From Nitrosopumilus sp. (lineage in GTDB: Archaea; Thermoproteota; Nitrososphaeria; Nitrososphaerales; Nitrosopumilaceae): a stretch of 64,000 bases of DNA. This document shows positions 27,548-37,418 of this stretch, one piece after another; positions within the stretch are counted from its first letter, which is position 1, and the number at the start of each line of letters is the position of its first letter. The notes below the pieces were generated by a model, which saw only the letters and a list, made by a program, of their open reading frames with translations, did no database searches and was not told the origin of the DNA. A program made the position numbers and the translations under genes. Location of the stretch: contig CBDBLO010000002.1 in assembly GCA_965207075.1 (NCBI GenBank), positions 1,664,001 through 1,728,000 on the forward strand, given 5' to 3'.

Positions 27548-29005
27548 TCACTCCGACTGCTTTTTGCCGCGCGGGTTCTGATAGCGGAACTTTGAGATCG
27601 TTATCAGCTCTGCATAGGAGCCAAACGAGGACGCGTCGGCAGAGTCAAGCCCGTCTGATCCTGGACTGCCGCCGGGGCCGGGGCCGCTGCGCAGTCCGGC
27701 GGCGGTTTTGTCGTTGCCACCGTGGAAGCCACCATAACAGTCATCATCGTCGTCGTCTGACGGCGCAAACCTGCGCAGTATGTTGTACCTCGTGTCACGC
27801 TCGACCGGGACGCGTCCGGCCTCCCTGATCATGCGGCGTATCTCGCGGGGCCTGAGAAGCTGTCCGTACGCGGAGCCGGCAGAGGTCGATATGCTCTCGT
27901 TTATCAGCGTGCCCCCAAAGTCGTTTGCGCCCCACCTGAGCAGAATCTGGGACATGCCGGGGCCCTCCTTGACCCAGGACATCTGTATGTTGTCTATGTA
28001 GTTGTTGAGCATTATCCTTGCGATGGCGTGCGTCAGCAGTACGTCGCGCCCGCTGCCCCCCTTGCGTATGTTGTCATGCGTGCCGCGTATGTACATGGGC
28101 GCCTCCGTGTGCACAAAGTTCAGCGGCACGAACTCGGTGAACCCGCCGGTCTCCCTCTGTATGTCCCGTATGCGGGCCATGTGGGCGACTCTCTGCCGCA
28201 TCGTCTCGACGTGCCCGAACATCATGGTGGACGTGGTCCGGAGGCCCGCCGCGTGGGCGCCGCGTATCACGCGCTCCCAGTCGCTCACGGTTATGCGCCC
28301 CGGCGATATCGAGTCGCGCAGCCCCTGGTCGAGGATCTCGGCCGACGTTCCCGGCAGCGTGTCCACCCCGGCCTCTTTGACGCGCGCCAAAAACTCCTCC
28401 ACCGGTACGCCTGAGCGGGTCGCCCCGTACAGGATCTCCTCCGGCGAGAACCCGTGTATGTGTATACCCGGAACCTCCCGCTTTATCTCGCGGCATATCT
28501 GCTCGTACAGCCCCCCGTCCATGTCCGGCGGCAGCCCGGCCTGGATGCATACCTCGGTGGCGCCAAGCTCGTGCGCCTCCCTTGCGCGCCTCACGATCTC
28601 ATGGACGGGCAGCATGTACCCCTCCTTCTCCCCCCTAAAGTCGCGGCTAAACGCGCAGAACCCGCACTGCTTTATGCAGACGTTTGTAAAGTTGACGTTG
28701 CGGTTCACCACGTACGAGGCCACGTCGCCCACGCGGCGCCTGCGAAGCTCGTCGGCGGCCATCCCCACCAGGTGCAGGTCGGCATCAGGCACGGCGTACA
28801 GCGCCCGGGCGTCGCGCTCGGAGATCTCCTCCTCGGCAAGCGCCCGCTCAAGTATGTCGCGGATGTCCGGGTCCGCCCCCCTTGCGAGGCTGGAGAACGC
28901 GCCACCGTCGCCGCCCGCCGGGGCCGCGCCGGAAGACGCGTGTGCATCAGGTACAGTGACAGTAGTCGCTGCTGCAGTTGTCGTCACCGCCGTCATAGTC
29001 ACCAT
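27548..29005 (-). CDS. cofH: FO synthase subunit CofH (radical SAM)
   Basis: NRNVNFTNVCIKQCGFC, PGTSAEIL, TMMFGH, GANDFGGTL..E; TGATG overlap with cofG. Confidence 0.93.
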   Translation of the reverse strand: MVTMTAVTTTAAATTVTVPDAHASSGAAPAGGDGGAFSSLARGADPDIRDILERALAEEEISERDARALYAVPDADLHLVGMAADELRRRRVGDVASYVVNRNVNFTNVCIKQCGFCAFSRDFRGEKEGYMLPVHEIVRRAREAHELGATEVCIQAGLPPDMDGGLYEQICREIKREVPGIHIHGFSPEEILYGATRSGVPVEEFLARVKEAGVDTLPGTSAEILDQGLRDSISPGRITVSDWERVIRGAHAAGLRTTSTMMFGHVETMRQRVAHMARIRDIQRETGGFTEFVPLNFVHTEAPMYIRGTHDNIRKGGSGRDVLLTHAIARIMLNNYIDNIQMSWVKEGPGMSQILLRWGANDFGGTLINESISTSAGSAYGQLLRPREIRRMIREAGRVPVERDTRYNILRRFAPSDDDDDDCYGGFHGGNDKTAAGLRSGPGPGGSPGSDGLDSADASSFGSYAELITISKFRYQNPRGKKQSE

Positions 29006-30282
29006 CACTCCCAGAGCTCCCTTTTTACAAGCATCGCGCCGCCGTCGCCGTCCGCCTGCGCTACGCGCGACATCATGTCGCGGAGGCGTTCGGGCACCAT
29101 GTGCGCAAACTCCGGGTACACCGGGAACCTGCACTCGAGCCTGTACCCTGCCGCCTCCGTGTCCCGCCTCAGGCGCCGTATCGCGGGCCACGGAAACTCC
29201 GGGTTTACATAGTCCGGGGTGAGCGGGGAGACTCCCCCCCAGTCGTTTATCCCGACAGACAGAAACTCCCCGTACGTGCCAGGCGACAGGTTCGGGGGAA
29301 TCTGGATGTTCATGTCAGGCATCATCACCCGGCAGGCCGCCACGACGGCCATAAAGTAGGCCCTGTCGGCAGGGGGGGCGCGGCGCATGGCAGTGTCCGG
29401 CTTTGGCCAAAAGTTCTGTATTATCACCTCCTGGATGTGCCCGTACCGCCTGTGCATGTCGCGTATGACGCCAAGCGACTCGACGGCCTCGCGTACGGTC
29501 TCGCCTATCCCGAGCAGTATTCCGGTGGTCATGGGGATGCGGAGCCGGCCTGCGTCCTCCAGCACGGCGATCCTGGCCTCAGGGCGCTTGCTCGGGGCCA
29601 GGTAGTGGGCCCCCCCGGGCTCCGACGCGAGGCGGCCGCTCGAGGTCTCCAGCATCACGCCCATCGAGACGTTGGTTTTCTGCAGCTCCGCCATCTCGGG
29701 CCGCGTGAGGTTGCCGGCATTGGTGTGCGGAAACAGGCCCAGCTCAAGGGCCTTCCTAGACGCGTATGCGAGGCAGTCTGCCGTCGACTCGAACCCGTTC
29801 TCGCCGAGCCACCGGCGGGCCTCCTCGTACCGCTCCTCGGGGCGCTCGCCCGTGACAAGCAGCGCCTCTATGCACCCGTACCTCCTTGCCATCTGCAGCG
29901 AGAGGTCGATCTGCTGCCTGGACATCATCACGGACTTTGTCTGCCCCGGCTCGGCCTTGTACGTGCAGTAGGAGCAGATGTCGCGGCACAGGTTTATCAC
30001 GTTGATGAACGCCTTTTTTGAGAACGTCACGGTACGGGACTTGTGCCGTGACTGGAGTATCCGCGCGGCCGCGAACAGCGCGCGCGGATCGCCATCGCCA
30101 TGATCGCGGCTTGCAGGACGGAGGGACGCGTCACGGGCGCCGCGGTACTCCGAGCAGGCGGCGGCAGCGTCGCTCACGATATCTGTCATCTCAGGGACTC
30201 CTGCCGCCCTGCCGCCCTCCAGGACGCCGTTGAGGCATTCGGAACCGGGTACGAGCTTGCTCAACAGTTCGACTCGAGTCAT
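29005..30282 (-). CDS. cofG: FO synthase subunit CofG (radical SAM)
   Basis: TFSK, CRDICSYC, PHTNAG, TTGILLGIGE, QIPPNL, DWGGVSP. Confidence 0.94.
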   Translation of the reverse strand: MTRVELLSKLVPGSECLNGVLEGGRAAGVPEMTDIVSDAAAACSEYRGARDASLRPASRDHGDGDPRALFAAARILQSRHKSRTVTFSKKAFINVINLCRDICSYCTYKAEPGQTKSVMMSRQQIDLSLQMARRYGCIEALLVTGERPEERYEEARRWLGENGFESTADCLAYASRKALELGLFPHTNAGNLTRPEMAELQKTNVSMGVMLETSSGRLASEPGGAHYLAPSKRPEARIAVLEDAGRLRIPMTTGILLGIGETVREAVESLGVIRDMHRRYGHIQEVIIQNFWPKPDTAMRRAPPADRAYFMAVVAACRVMMPDMNIQIPPNLSPGTYGEFLSVGINDWGGVSPLTPDYVNPEFPWPAIRRLRRDTEAAGYRLECRFPVYPEFAHMVPERLRDMMSRVAQADGDGGAMLVKRELWE

Positions 30283-30321
30283 GAGGTATTTATGCTTGTA
30301 CGGGAATGGCGCGTCCGGAAC

Positions 30322-30342
30322 GGTGGTGGTGGTGGTGGTGGT
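30322..30342. repeat. (GGT)7 microsatellite
   Basis: Read directly; upstream of cofG. Confidence 0.85.
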
Positions 30343-30512
30343 GGAAAGGAGCTGGGTGGAGACCGGCGCGCGCCTGCAGGCGCGGCGTGCGGCGCGGCCT
30401 GGCCGTTCCGGGCATTGGCCGGATTGACATGCGGACGGCCTCGGCGCCGGAGGGCTTGCAGCCTGCTGCGCGAACCATCATGGTACGCTCAAAGGTGACA
30501 ATTAGGAAAAGA

Positions 30513-31691
30513 TCAGCCCGGCCTCTGCTGCAGCGTCAGCTGCAGCTCCATCATCTGGCCGTCGCGCAGGATGTCGAGCTCCAGCGTGTCGCCCACCGAC
30601 TTTGAGCGCTGCAGGTGTATCAATATGTCGTCTATCTTCCTGACGTCCTGGCCGTCTATTCCAAGTATGACGTCCCCGCCTATCCTCAGCTCCTCGCCGC
30701 GTATCACCACCGTGTCCTCAGACGGCATCAGCCCGGCCTCGTCGGCGGGGCTGCCGCCGATTATGTCCACCACGAGGAACCCGACTGTCTCCTCAAGGTT
30801 CATGAGCCTGGCAGTCTCGGGGCCGATGTCCCTGCCGGATATCCCGATCCAGGGGTGCGCGTACGAGCCGTCTGTAATCAGGGTGGGGGCGACCTTTACC
30901 AAGGTCTGGGAGGATATCGCGAACCCGACCCCCGCAAACTCGCCCGTGGTGGACTGTATGGCGTTGTTTATGCCTATGACCTCGCCCCTCATGTTCAGCA
31001 GGGGTCCGCCGGAGTTGCCCGGGTTTATGGCCGCGTCGGTCTGTATCACGTCGGGTATCGAGTAGCCCGAGCCGGACGGCAGCAGCCTGCCCACCTGGCT
31101 CACTATTCCAGCCGTCATGGAGCCGGACAGCCCAAACGGGTTTCCGATTGCGGCAATCGGCTCGCCGACCCTGAGGCCGGAGGAGTCGCCAAACGCAAGG
31201 GGCCGAAGCAGGTCGGGATCCACGTCCACCCGCAGTATGGCAATGTCGGTGAACTTGTCCACGCCCACCACCTCGGCCACGTATGAGCGGCCGTCAAGGA
31301 ACGTGACGTATATGCTCTCGGCCATCTGCACCACGTGCGAGTTTGTCATGATGTGCCCCTTCTTGTCGTATACGAATCCCGAGCCGACCCCGCCGTCGTT
31401 GACCACCACGTCCGAGCTGCGCTGCACGTTGATCCGAACCACGCCGGGCTCGGTCTTTTCAAATATCTCCACGAGTGTGAGATCGCGAGAAGCAGACGCC
31501 TTTGCGCCCGAGGCGGCATGCTCGGAGAGCGTCTGCAGGTCGCCGCCGTGGCCGTTGGTAACAAAGGGCGCCGGTTCAGTCGGGTCGCCGCCGTCCGCGC
31601 TCCACATGGGCCCCACCACAAACACGAACATTACGGAGGCCGCGATTATGGCGCCCACCACGCCGCCGGCAAGCACGCCAGAGTTTCCCAT
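30513..31691 (-). CDS. htrA: Membrane-anchored HtrA/DegP-like serine protease with PDZ domain
   Basis: N-terminal TM, GSGF, TNSHVV, DIA, QTDAAINPGNSGGPL, PDZ domain. Confidence 0.94.
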   Translation of the reverse strand: MGNSGVLAGGVVGAIIAASVMFVFVVGPMWSADGGDPTEPAPFVTNGHGGDLQTLSEHAASGAKASASRDLTLVEIFEKTEPGVVRINVQRSSDVVVNDGGVGSGFVYDKKGHIMTNSHVVQMAESIYVTFLDGRSYVAEVVGVDKFTDIAILRVDVDPDLLRPLAFGDSSGLRVGEPIAAIGNPFGLSGSMTAGIVSQVGRLLPSGSGYSIPDVIQTDAAINPGNSGGPLLNMRGEVIGINNAIQSTTGEFAGVGFAISSQTLVKVAPTLITDGSYAHPWIGISGRDIGPETARLMNLEETVGFLVVDIIGGSPADEAGLMPSEDTVVIRGEELRIGGDVILGIDGQDVRKIDDILIHLQRSKSVGDTLELDILRDGQMMELQLTLQQRPG

Positions 31692-31820
31692 GACCCGCGA
31701 CCGCTAGGTTGACCTAAAAGGGTTTGCCAACCGGCGCGGTCCGGCCCCTTAGCCCTGCACTGGTCCGGATTCGTCGGGGGTGCTGGCAGTCGGACTCTGT
31801 TGCCGCTGCCGCCGTCACGG

Positions 31821-34800
31821 TCAGTCGACCTTGTACGCGACCTTGTAGTAGAATCTGGACACCTGGTCGTCCTTGAGCACGTTTACGGTCCACGTCATGT
31901 CCGGCAGATAGTCCTCCCCGGCCCCGGTATGTATGGCAAAGTATTCGAGCCTCTTGTCGGGCCCTCCGTACACCACCCTCAGGGGCGTCCCGTCCTCGAG
32001 CTGGACTGTCGCGTACGCCCCGCCTTGGGACTCAGTCGAGCCGCTTATCATGCATGACTCGGAGGGGCCTATCAGGCAGGCCCCGTCTTCTGAGAGCACC
32101 TGCAGGTTCACCGACTGCTCCTCCCCTGCAGTCGTGATCATGGAGCCGGACACGGACACGGGCCGGGCGCCGAGCATCACGTCCCCGAACACCAGAGAGT
32201 CGGTTGCGCGTGCGTCTATCACGAACTCCGAGCCCGGAAGCCTGCTGTGCTTTGTAATCACGACCTCCGGGACGGTCAGAGACGTCTCCTCCTGTGACGG
32301 CGGCGGCTGCTGCGGCTCCTCAACGACCTCAAACGTTATGCGCTCAAGCCAGTTTGCCGACTGGGCAGTCACCTCGTAGGTGCCCACCGCGCCGTTGCCC
32401 TCCGGTATCGTATAGTGGTGCACGAACGAGGCTGTGGAATCAGGCTTGATCTTTGTTATGGGCCCTATGTGGTCGCCGCAGGCCGCCGTGCCGCAGTCTA
32501 TCTCCTGGCCCGTCGTCTTGTACACGCTGACCCTGTAGTCCTTCACGTATATGATCTTGTTGGGCCCGCCCGATATCGTAACCGTCTGGCCGGGATGGTA
32601 CGTCTTGGCGTCAGTCGAGACGCTCATGGAGAGGGGGTCGCTTGAGCTCACCACGTAGTCGTTTGCCATGCGGAACAGCACGCTTGTCTTGGCGGGCCCG
32701 TACAGGGCCGAGACCTTGTAGGATCCCTCCTTGAACACGCCCAGGGGCAGGTCAAACACGCTTGAGAACTCGCCGCCGTTGTCCGGATAGACCCACGCCT
32801 CGTAGATCTTCGTATATGGGAACGAGTCCTGGCTCACCGTTATGGCGACCCTGAGCGGCGCCCTGAGGCCCTCCCCGCCGTGCTCGTAAAGCGTCACTAT
32901 GCCAGAGACCTCCAAGTCGTCGCCGGGCTTGTAGAGCGCCTTTGAGGTGGTGACGATCAGCGGCTCCTTTGCAAGCGAGTCGTTGAGGGGGTCCTCTGAG
33001 ACCTTGAAGTATACGATGTCGTTATGCGAGCTGGTCGAGATCTTTATCGTGTACGCGCCAAACACGGTCATCTTGCTGCCGCGCAGCTCGCCCTCCTTGA
33101 GCGTGTGCTTCCTTTCGGCCTTTGGCGCGTCCCACTCCCATGAAAAGTGCTGCCCCACTACCGGCGCACTGCTGTGTATGGTCGAGCCGTCGGGCCTTGT
33201 AAGCGTGATTGACACGTGCTTTGTGCCGCTCCCCGGCAGGGCCCCGTTGACGGTCACGGTCTCGCCCAGCCCGTACACCTCCTTGTCCGTCGTGATCTCC
33301 GGCTCCGATATGTCGTACTGGTCGGAGATGGAGAACTCCGTCGTGGCCGTGAGCCCCTTGTACGTCGCGACCGCCGTGTAGTTTCCCGCCCCAAAGATGC
33401 TTGGCAGTGCGTTTATGGTCGCGGTGTACCTGCCGGACTCTTCTGGCACCGCGATTGCCTCGTATATGGTAGATTCCATGCCGCCTCCAAAGCCCCTCCT
33501 TACGTCGTCTCCCTCCAGCTGGCTGCGCAGCGGCGACCCGTCGGAGTCCGTTATGTGTATCCTGACTGACGTGGTGGCGTACTCGGTGGTGGTTCCCGTG
33601 TATGCGTCCGTGGCGTATCCTGTGAATACTATGGGCTCGTTGAGCTCGTATGCGGGACTGCCCGTTGTGATGGTGAGCGGGCCGCTGACTGCCACGAACG
33701 AGTCGGCGTCCTCGACTACCGATATCACCATTCCCGCCGTCCCGCCGCCGCCTGCAACCGTAACCCAGTAGTCCCCGAGCCTCTGCGTGCTGTTTGGTAT
33801 GTGGAACGTGTACTCGAAGGAGCCGTCGCCTGCCACGTGCAGCAACTCCCCCCTCTTGAATCCGGAGTGGCTGCCCGTGCTGCTGTCGGGCACGGAGCCC
33901 TGCCTTGTCTGCACGATCTTCAGGTCTAGTGCGGCGGTCCAGACGTTGTTGATCTTGCCGCTTATCACTGCCGACTGGCCCGGCTCGTATACGGGACTGT
34001 CGGACGTCAGCGTTATGCGCTCAGACACCCGCTGCTCTGCGACGACCTCAAATGAGGCGGTGGCGCTCTTGCCGGCGTACGAGGCGTGTATGGTGTGCGT
34101 GCCGTACGCGGGGTTCACCGCGCTGAGCAGAAAGGACGTCCCGACCCTGCCGTTTACGGGGCCGAGGCTTCCGGTAGATATGGTATTGCCGCCGGGGCCC
34201 ACGACCGTAACGTCAAACGTGGCGAACTGGACGGCCCTCTTGACGGTGCCGGACACGACGACCTCCTGCCCGGGGGTGTACGTCGCGCTGTCGACAGTTA
34301 TCGTAATGCCGTCGTCCTGAGGCGCCGCTCCTTCCACCTCCTCGTACCCCACCTCAAAGGAGGCCGACGCGGACGCTCCGGAATATTCGGCCGACATCTC
34401 GTACGTGCCGCCCTGGATCCCGCGCACCTGCTGCAGTACGAGCAGGGTCGAGAACTCGAGGTTCGCATCGGGGTACAGCGTGACCGTCTCGCTGTAACCG
34501 GGCCCGCTTATCTCAAGCGTGACCGATTCTGTCGTGAAGAACGGCTTTTCGATGTATCTTCTCTCCGACACGGCGCCGCTTATGGCGGCAGTCTGGCCAA
34601 AGCTGTACGACTCTCGGTCCGCGGACAGCGTGATTGTGAGCTGCTCCGCGGATCCCGCCTGCGGGATCTTGCCGTTTGAGGACCCCGGCGTCGACGTGTG
34701 GAGCCTCCAGTCCAGGGCGCTGTCGCCAGACGAGTACCCGTCGTATATGAGCTGCCACGACTTTGAGTCGTCTGCCGTATCGGTGATTCTAGGAGTGCTG

Positions 34801-35336
34801 TGTATTACGGTGCCGTCTCCGTCGCGCAGCTCTGCCGTCTCGCCCACGTCTGCAAACCATATCCGTTCGTACGTGTACGTCATGTACTGGCCGGGCTTTA
34901 TGCTGGTCCCCTCCGGTATCGTCATGGCCTTCCTGAGGCCCGTGGTGGAGGATATCTGCCATCCGCCTATCTCGACTGCTTCGGACGTGGGGTTGTACAG
35001 CTCCACCCACTCTGCGACGTTTGCCGTGTCGCTGCCGGGCGGGTTTGTGTCTATCTCGTTTATCACCACGTGGCCGGCGACGCCCGCGACGCCCTGCGCG
35101 TACGCGGCACGGCTCACGTCCAAGGCGCCCCAGACGGTTTCGTGCGGCTCCTGCGCGTCGTATGTTAGGGCTGCTGCTGCTGTTGCTGTCAGGGCTACCG
35201 TTGCCGCCACTGCCATAATCATAACCATGCTTGGGACAGGCAGCAGGATTCTCGCGCCGCTCCCGTTCGTCTTGGCGCGGCAGCCCCGCCTGCTGCGCGA
35301 GCCGCACGTCTGCGCGGCCTGCGTATTTAATGTCAT
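31821..35336 (-). CDS. Large secreted surface protein: lamin-tail domain plus tandem Ig-like domains
   Basis: Signal-like hydrophobic stretch; VVINEI...EWVELYNP (lamin-tail domain); about 7 T-x3-Y-x2-G-x2-V-x-ISG repeats; TATAAAA about 25 nt upstream. Confidence 0.85.
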   Translation of the reverse strand: MTLNTQAAQTCGSRSRRGCRAKTNGSGARILLPVPSMVMIMAVAATVALTATAAAALTYDAQEPHETVWGALDVSRAAYAQGVAGVAGHVVINEIDTNPPGSDTANVAEWVELYNPTSEAVEIGGWQISSTTGLRKAMTIPEGTSIKPGQYMTYTYERIWFADVGETAELRDGDGTVIHSTPRITDTADDSKSWQLIYDGYSSGDSALDWRLHTSTPGSSNGKIPQAGSAEQLTITLSADRESYSFGQTAAISGAVSERRYIEKPFFTTESVTLEISGPGYSETVTLYPDANLEFSTLLVLQQVRGIQGGTYEMSAEYSGASASASFEVGYEEVEGAAPQDDGITITVDSATYTPGQEVVVSGTVKRAVQFATFDVTVVGPGGNTISTGSLGPVNGRVGTSFLLSAVNPAYGTHTIHASYAGKSATASFEVVAEQRVSERITLTSDSPVYEPGQSAVISGKINNVWTAALDLKIVQTRQGSVPDSSTGSHSGFKRGELLHVAGDGSFEYTFHIPNSTQRLGDYWVTVAGGGGTAGMVISVVEDADSFVAVSGPLTITTGSPAYELNEPIVFTGYATDAYTGTTTEYATTSVRIHITDSDGSPLRSQLEGDDVRRGFGGGMESTIYEAIAVPEESGRYTATINALPSIFGAGNYTAVATYKGLTATTEFSISDQYDISEPEITTDKEVYGLGETVTVNGALPGSGTKHVSITLTRPDGSTIHSSAPVVGQHFSWEWDAPKAERKHTLKEGELRGSKMTVFGAYTIKISTSSHNDIVYFKVSEDPLNDSLAKEPLIVTTSKALYKPGDDLEVSGIVTLYEHGGEGLRAPLRVAITVSQDSFPYTKIYEAWVYPDNGGEFSSVFDLPLGVFKEGSYKVSALYGPAKTSVLFRMANDYVVSSSDPLSMSVSTDAKTYHPGQTVTISGGPNKIIYVKDYRVSVYKTTGQEIDCGTAACGDHIGPITKIKPDSTASFVHHYTIPEGNGAVGTYEVTAQSANWLERITFEVVEEPQQPPPSQEETSLTVPEVVITKHSRLPGSEFVIDARATDSLVFGDVMLGARPVSVSGSMITTAGEEQSVNLQVLSEDGACLIGPSESCMISGSTESQGGAYATVQLEDGTPLRVVYGGPDKRLEYFAIHTGAGEDYLPDMTWTVNVLKDDQVSRFYYKVAYKVD

Positions 35337-35518
35337 ACGTATGGTTGTGGCGCACTTTGCTTTTATAGTTGGACTTGGTCGAATTTGAGCTAGTTGTTAA
35401 ATAGTATGTACTTGGCCAGACGTGCCCAACCCCCAAGCCGAAAAGCTGTCCTTCGCGCGCAAGCCCGGCGTCCCCGGCCATGGGCGACGGCGAATCACAG
35501 GCGCCGCCGAGGCGCGCG

Positions 35519-35782
35519 TCATGCAGCAGGACGCTCCGCACCGGCGGCGTCGCAGGCGGGGCACCTCCCGCCGGATATACTCCCGCCGCATTCCATGCAT
35601 ATGCCCTCAGGGCCCAGGTCGTCGCGGACGGCCTGGTTGCGCCTTGCGACGAACACCTTGATGCCAAAGTACATTGCTATGACTATAACAGCCGCGTACA
35701 CGGGAGCCATGAACGGAATCAGCCCTATCATAAACAGCACCAGCCCGGCCACCAGTAGGACGTCGCGCCTGCCAAACTCCAT
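35519..35782 (-). CDS. Small membrane protein with C-terminal zinc ribbon
   Basis: Two TM helices then CMEC..CPAC. Confidence 0.75.
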   Translation of the reverse strand: MEFGRRDVLLVAGLVLFMIGLIPFMAPVYAAVIVIAMYFGIKVFVARRNQAVRDDLGPEGICMECGGSISGGRCPACDAAGAERPAA

Positions 35783-36027
35783 GCCGTATGCCGAACCCGC
35801 GCTTGTAAAAATGATGCCGAGCTCGGCAATTGAGTCATCTCATCTGTCAATACTCTAACTCGTCCTCATTGCCCGGCGCGGCTAGTGGCGTTCTTGCATG
35901 TGATAAAAGTATGGATGCGCTGGAGTGGGGGGGAAGGCCTGCCCCCCATACGCAGCGGCGCAGCGCGGGAGTCGCGGCGCATGGCGGTGGCGGCGTATGG
36001 CAGCGGCAATGTCAGTGTATGGCAAAA

Positions 36028-36101
36028 TGGGACCGGCAGGATTTGAACCTGCGACCCCTGCGTCCCAAACGCAGAATCATACCAAGCTAGACCACGATCC
36101 C
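36028..36101 (-). tRNA. tRNA-Pro(UGG)
   Basis: GGGATCG...CGGTCCCA acceptor stem, CTGCG-TTTGGGA-CGCAG anticodon arm, GGTTCAAATCC T arm; no encoded CCA; TTAAAT upstream. Confidence 0.96.
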
Positions 36102-36252
36102 AGTATTTGCGCATTCTTGCCAGACCCAATTTAAGCATGACATCGGCCTCCCCTCCCCACCCTTCAGGCACGCCGCGCGCGCCGCGGCCGCACCGGACGC
36201 CAGACGGGCCCCATTGCCAATCATTTTAAGTGCGCGTCCCGTCTGTCGCGCT

Positions 36253-37149
36253 GTGCAGGTCGAGGATTATCTAAAGGCGGGCCGGATCGCAGGCGAGGTC
36301 AGGGAGATTGCGCGTAGCACCGACTGGGTGGGCCGGACCGCGTATGACTTGTGCGAGTACGTCGAGTCCGAGATCAAAAAACGCGGCGCGGACTGCGCCT
36401 TTCCAGTCAATGTCAGCATCAACGAGATTGCGGCCCATTATACGGCCGAGCCTGACGACGACCTTGAGATAAAGGATGATGATCTGGTAAAGATTGATCT
36501 CGGGGCACACGTCAACGGCTACATTGCAGACACGGCCGTATCCGTGTGCTATGATCCCGAGTACGACCCGCTTGTCGGTGCGGCCGAGAAAGCCCTCGCA
36601 AAGGCCCTCTCCATGATGAAGGCGGGGGTAAAGGCGCGCGACATAGGCCGTACCATCGAGTCGTCGATCAGGGACCTGGGGTTCAAGCCCATCGCCAACC
36701 TGAGCGGACACTCCCTTGACCAATATACAATACACGCCGGCAAGACCATCCCGAACATATGGTCGATCGGCGGCTTCTCGCTGTCGGACCAGTCCGCGTA
36801 CGCGTGCGAGCCGTTTGTCACGACGCGTGACGGCGGCGGCTTTGTGCGCAACGGCAGCATAAAGAACATCTTTGCGCTCGTGTCGCGCAAGAGGACAAAG
36901 AGCGAGGCGGCCGACCGTATGCTTGACCGCATCTGGGAGAGGTTCAACACGCTGCCATTCGCGCTCAGGTGGCTTACGTCCGAATGGGAGGAGGGGGAGG
37001 CCAGGAAGCTGCTAGAGGTGCTCGTAAAGAAAAAGGCCGTCCAGGCCTACCCCGTGCTTGTAGAGGCCGAGGGGCAGCGGGTGGCGCAGGCAGAGCACAC
37101 GTTCATTCCAACCGACGAGGGCGTGACGCTGGTGACCGCGGCGCCCTGA
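36253..37149 (+). CDS. map: Methionine aminopeptidase type II
   Basis: AFPVNVSINEIAAHY, KIDLGAHVNGYIAD, NLSGH, EPF, AQAEHT. Confidence 0.96.
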   Translation: MQVEDYLKAGRIAGEVREIARSTDWVGRTAYDLCEYVESEIKKRGADCAFPVNVSINEIAAHYTAEPDDDLEIKDDDLVKIDLGAHVNGYIADTAVSVCYDPEYDPLVGAAEKALAKALSMMKAGVKARDIGRTIESSIRDLGFKPIANLSGHSLDQYTIHAGKTIPNIWSIGGFSLSDQSAYACEPFVTTRDGGGFVRNGSIKNIFALVSRKRTKSEAADRMLDRIWERFNTLPFALRWLTSEWEEGEARKLLEVLVKKKAVQAYPVLVEAEGQRVAQAEHTFIPTDEGVTLVTAAP

Positions 37150-37223
37150 GCCCGGCGCCGCGCTCTGGACGCGGTTGTCGCTGCTGCCGCTGCCGCTGCA
37201 CCCGGCTTGCAGCCGGCCCCGCA

Positions 37224-37418
37224 TCACTCCAGAATCTCTCCGAAGATCTTGTCTATCATTACGGCACCGCCGCATTCGGGGCAGGGCTCGGGCGCGTCTT
37301 CAAATACGACGTCGCCGCGCCTGAACCTCCTCTTGTCAGTGGCCCCGCATCCGTGGCATGTGGTCGTGGTGTACTCCGTCACGAGCCTCTTCTTTTTCCT
37401 GTCGCTTCCAGATGTCAC
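37224..37418 (-). CDS. Small zinc-ribbon protein
   Basis: CHGC..CPECG; GTGA overlap with the DUF1512 gene. Confidence 0.8.
   Translation of the reverse strand: MTSGSDRKKKRLVTEYTTTTCHGCGATDKRRFRRGDVVFEDAPEPCPECGGAVMIDKIFGEILE

Noticed and set aside
35410-35505. HDV-like ribozyme (GGCGAA motif; also near 49676)
   Set aside because: Could not build the P1/P3 nested pseudoknot
36028-36101. tRNA-Pro as an integration site
   Set aside because: Flanked by ordinary genes, with no integrase or duplicated 3' end
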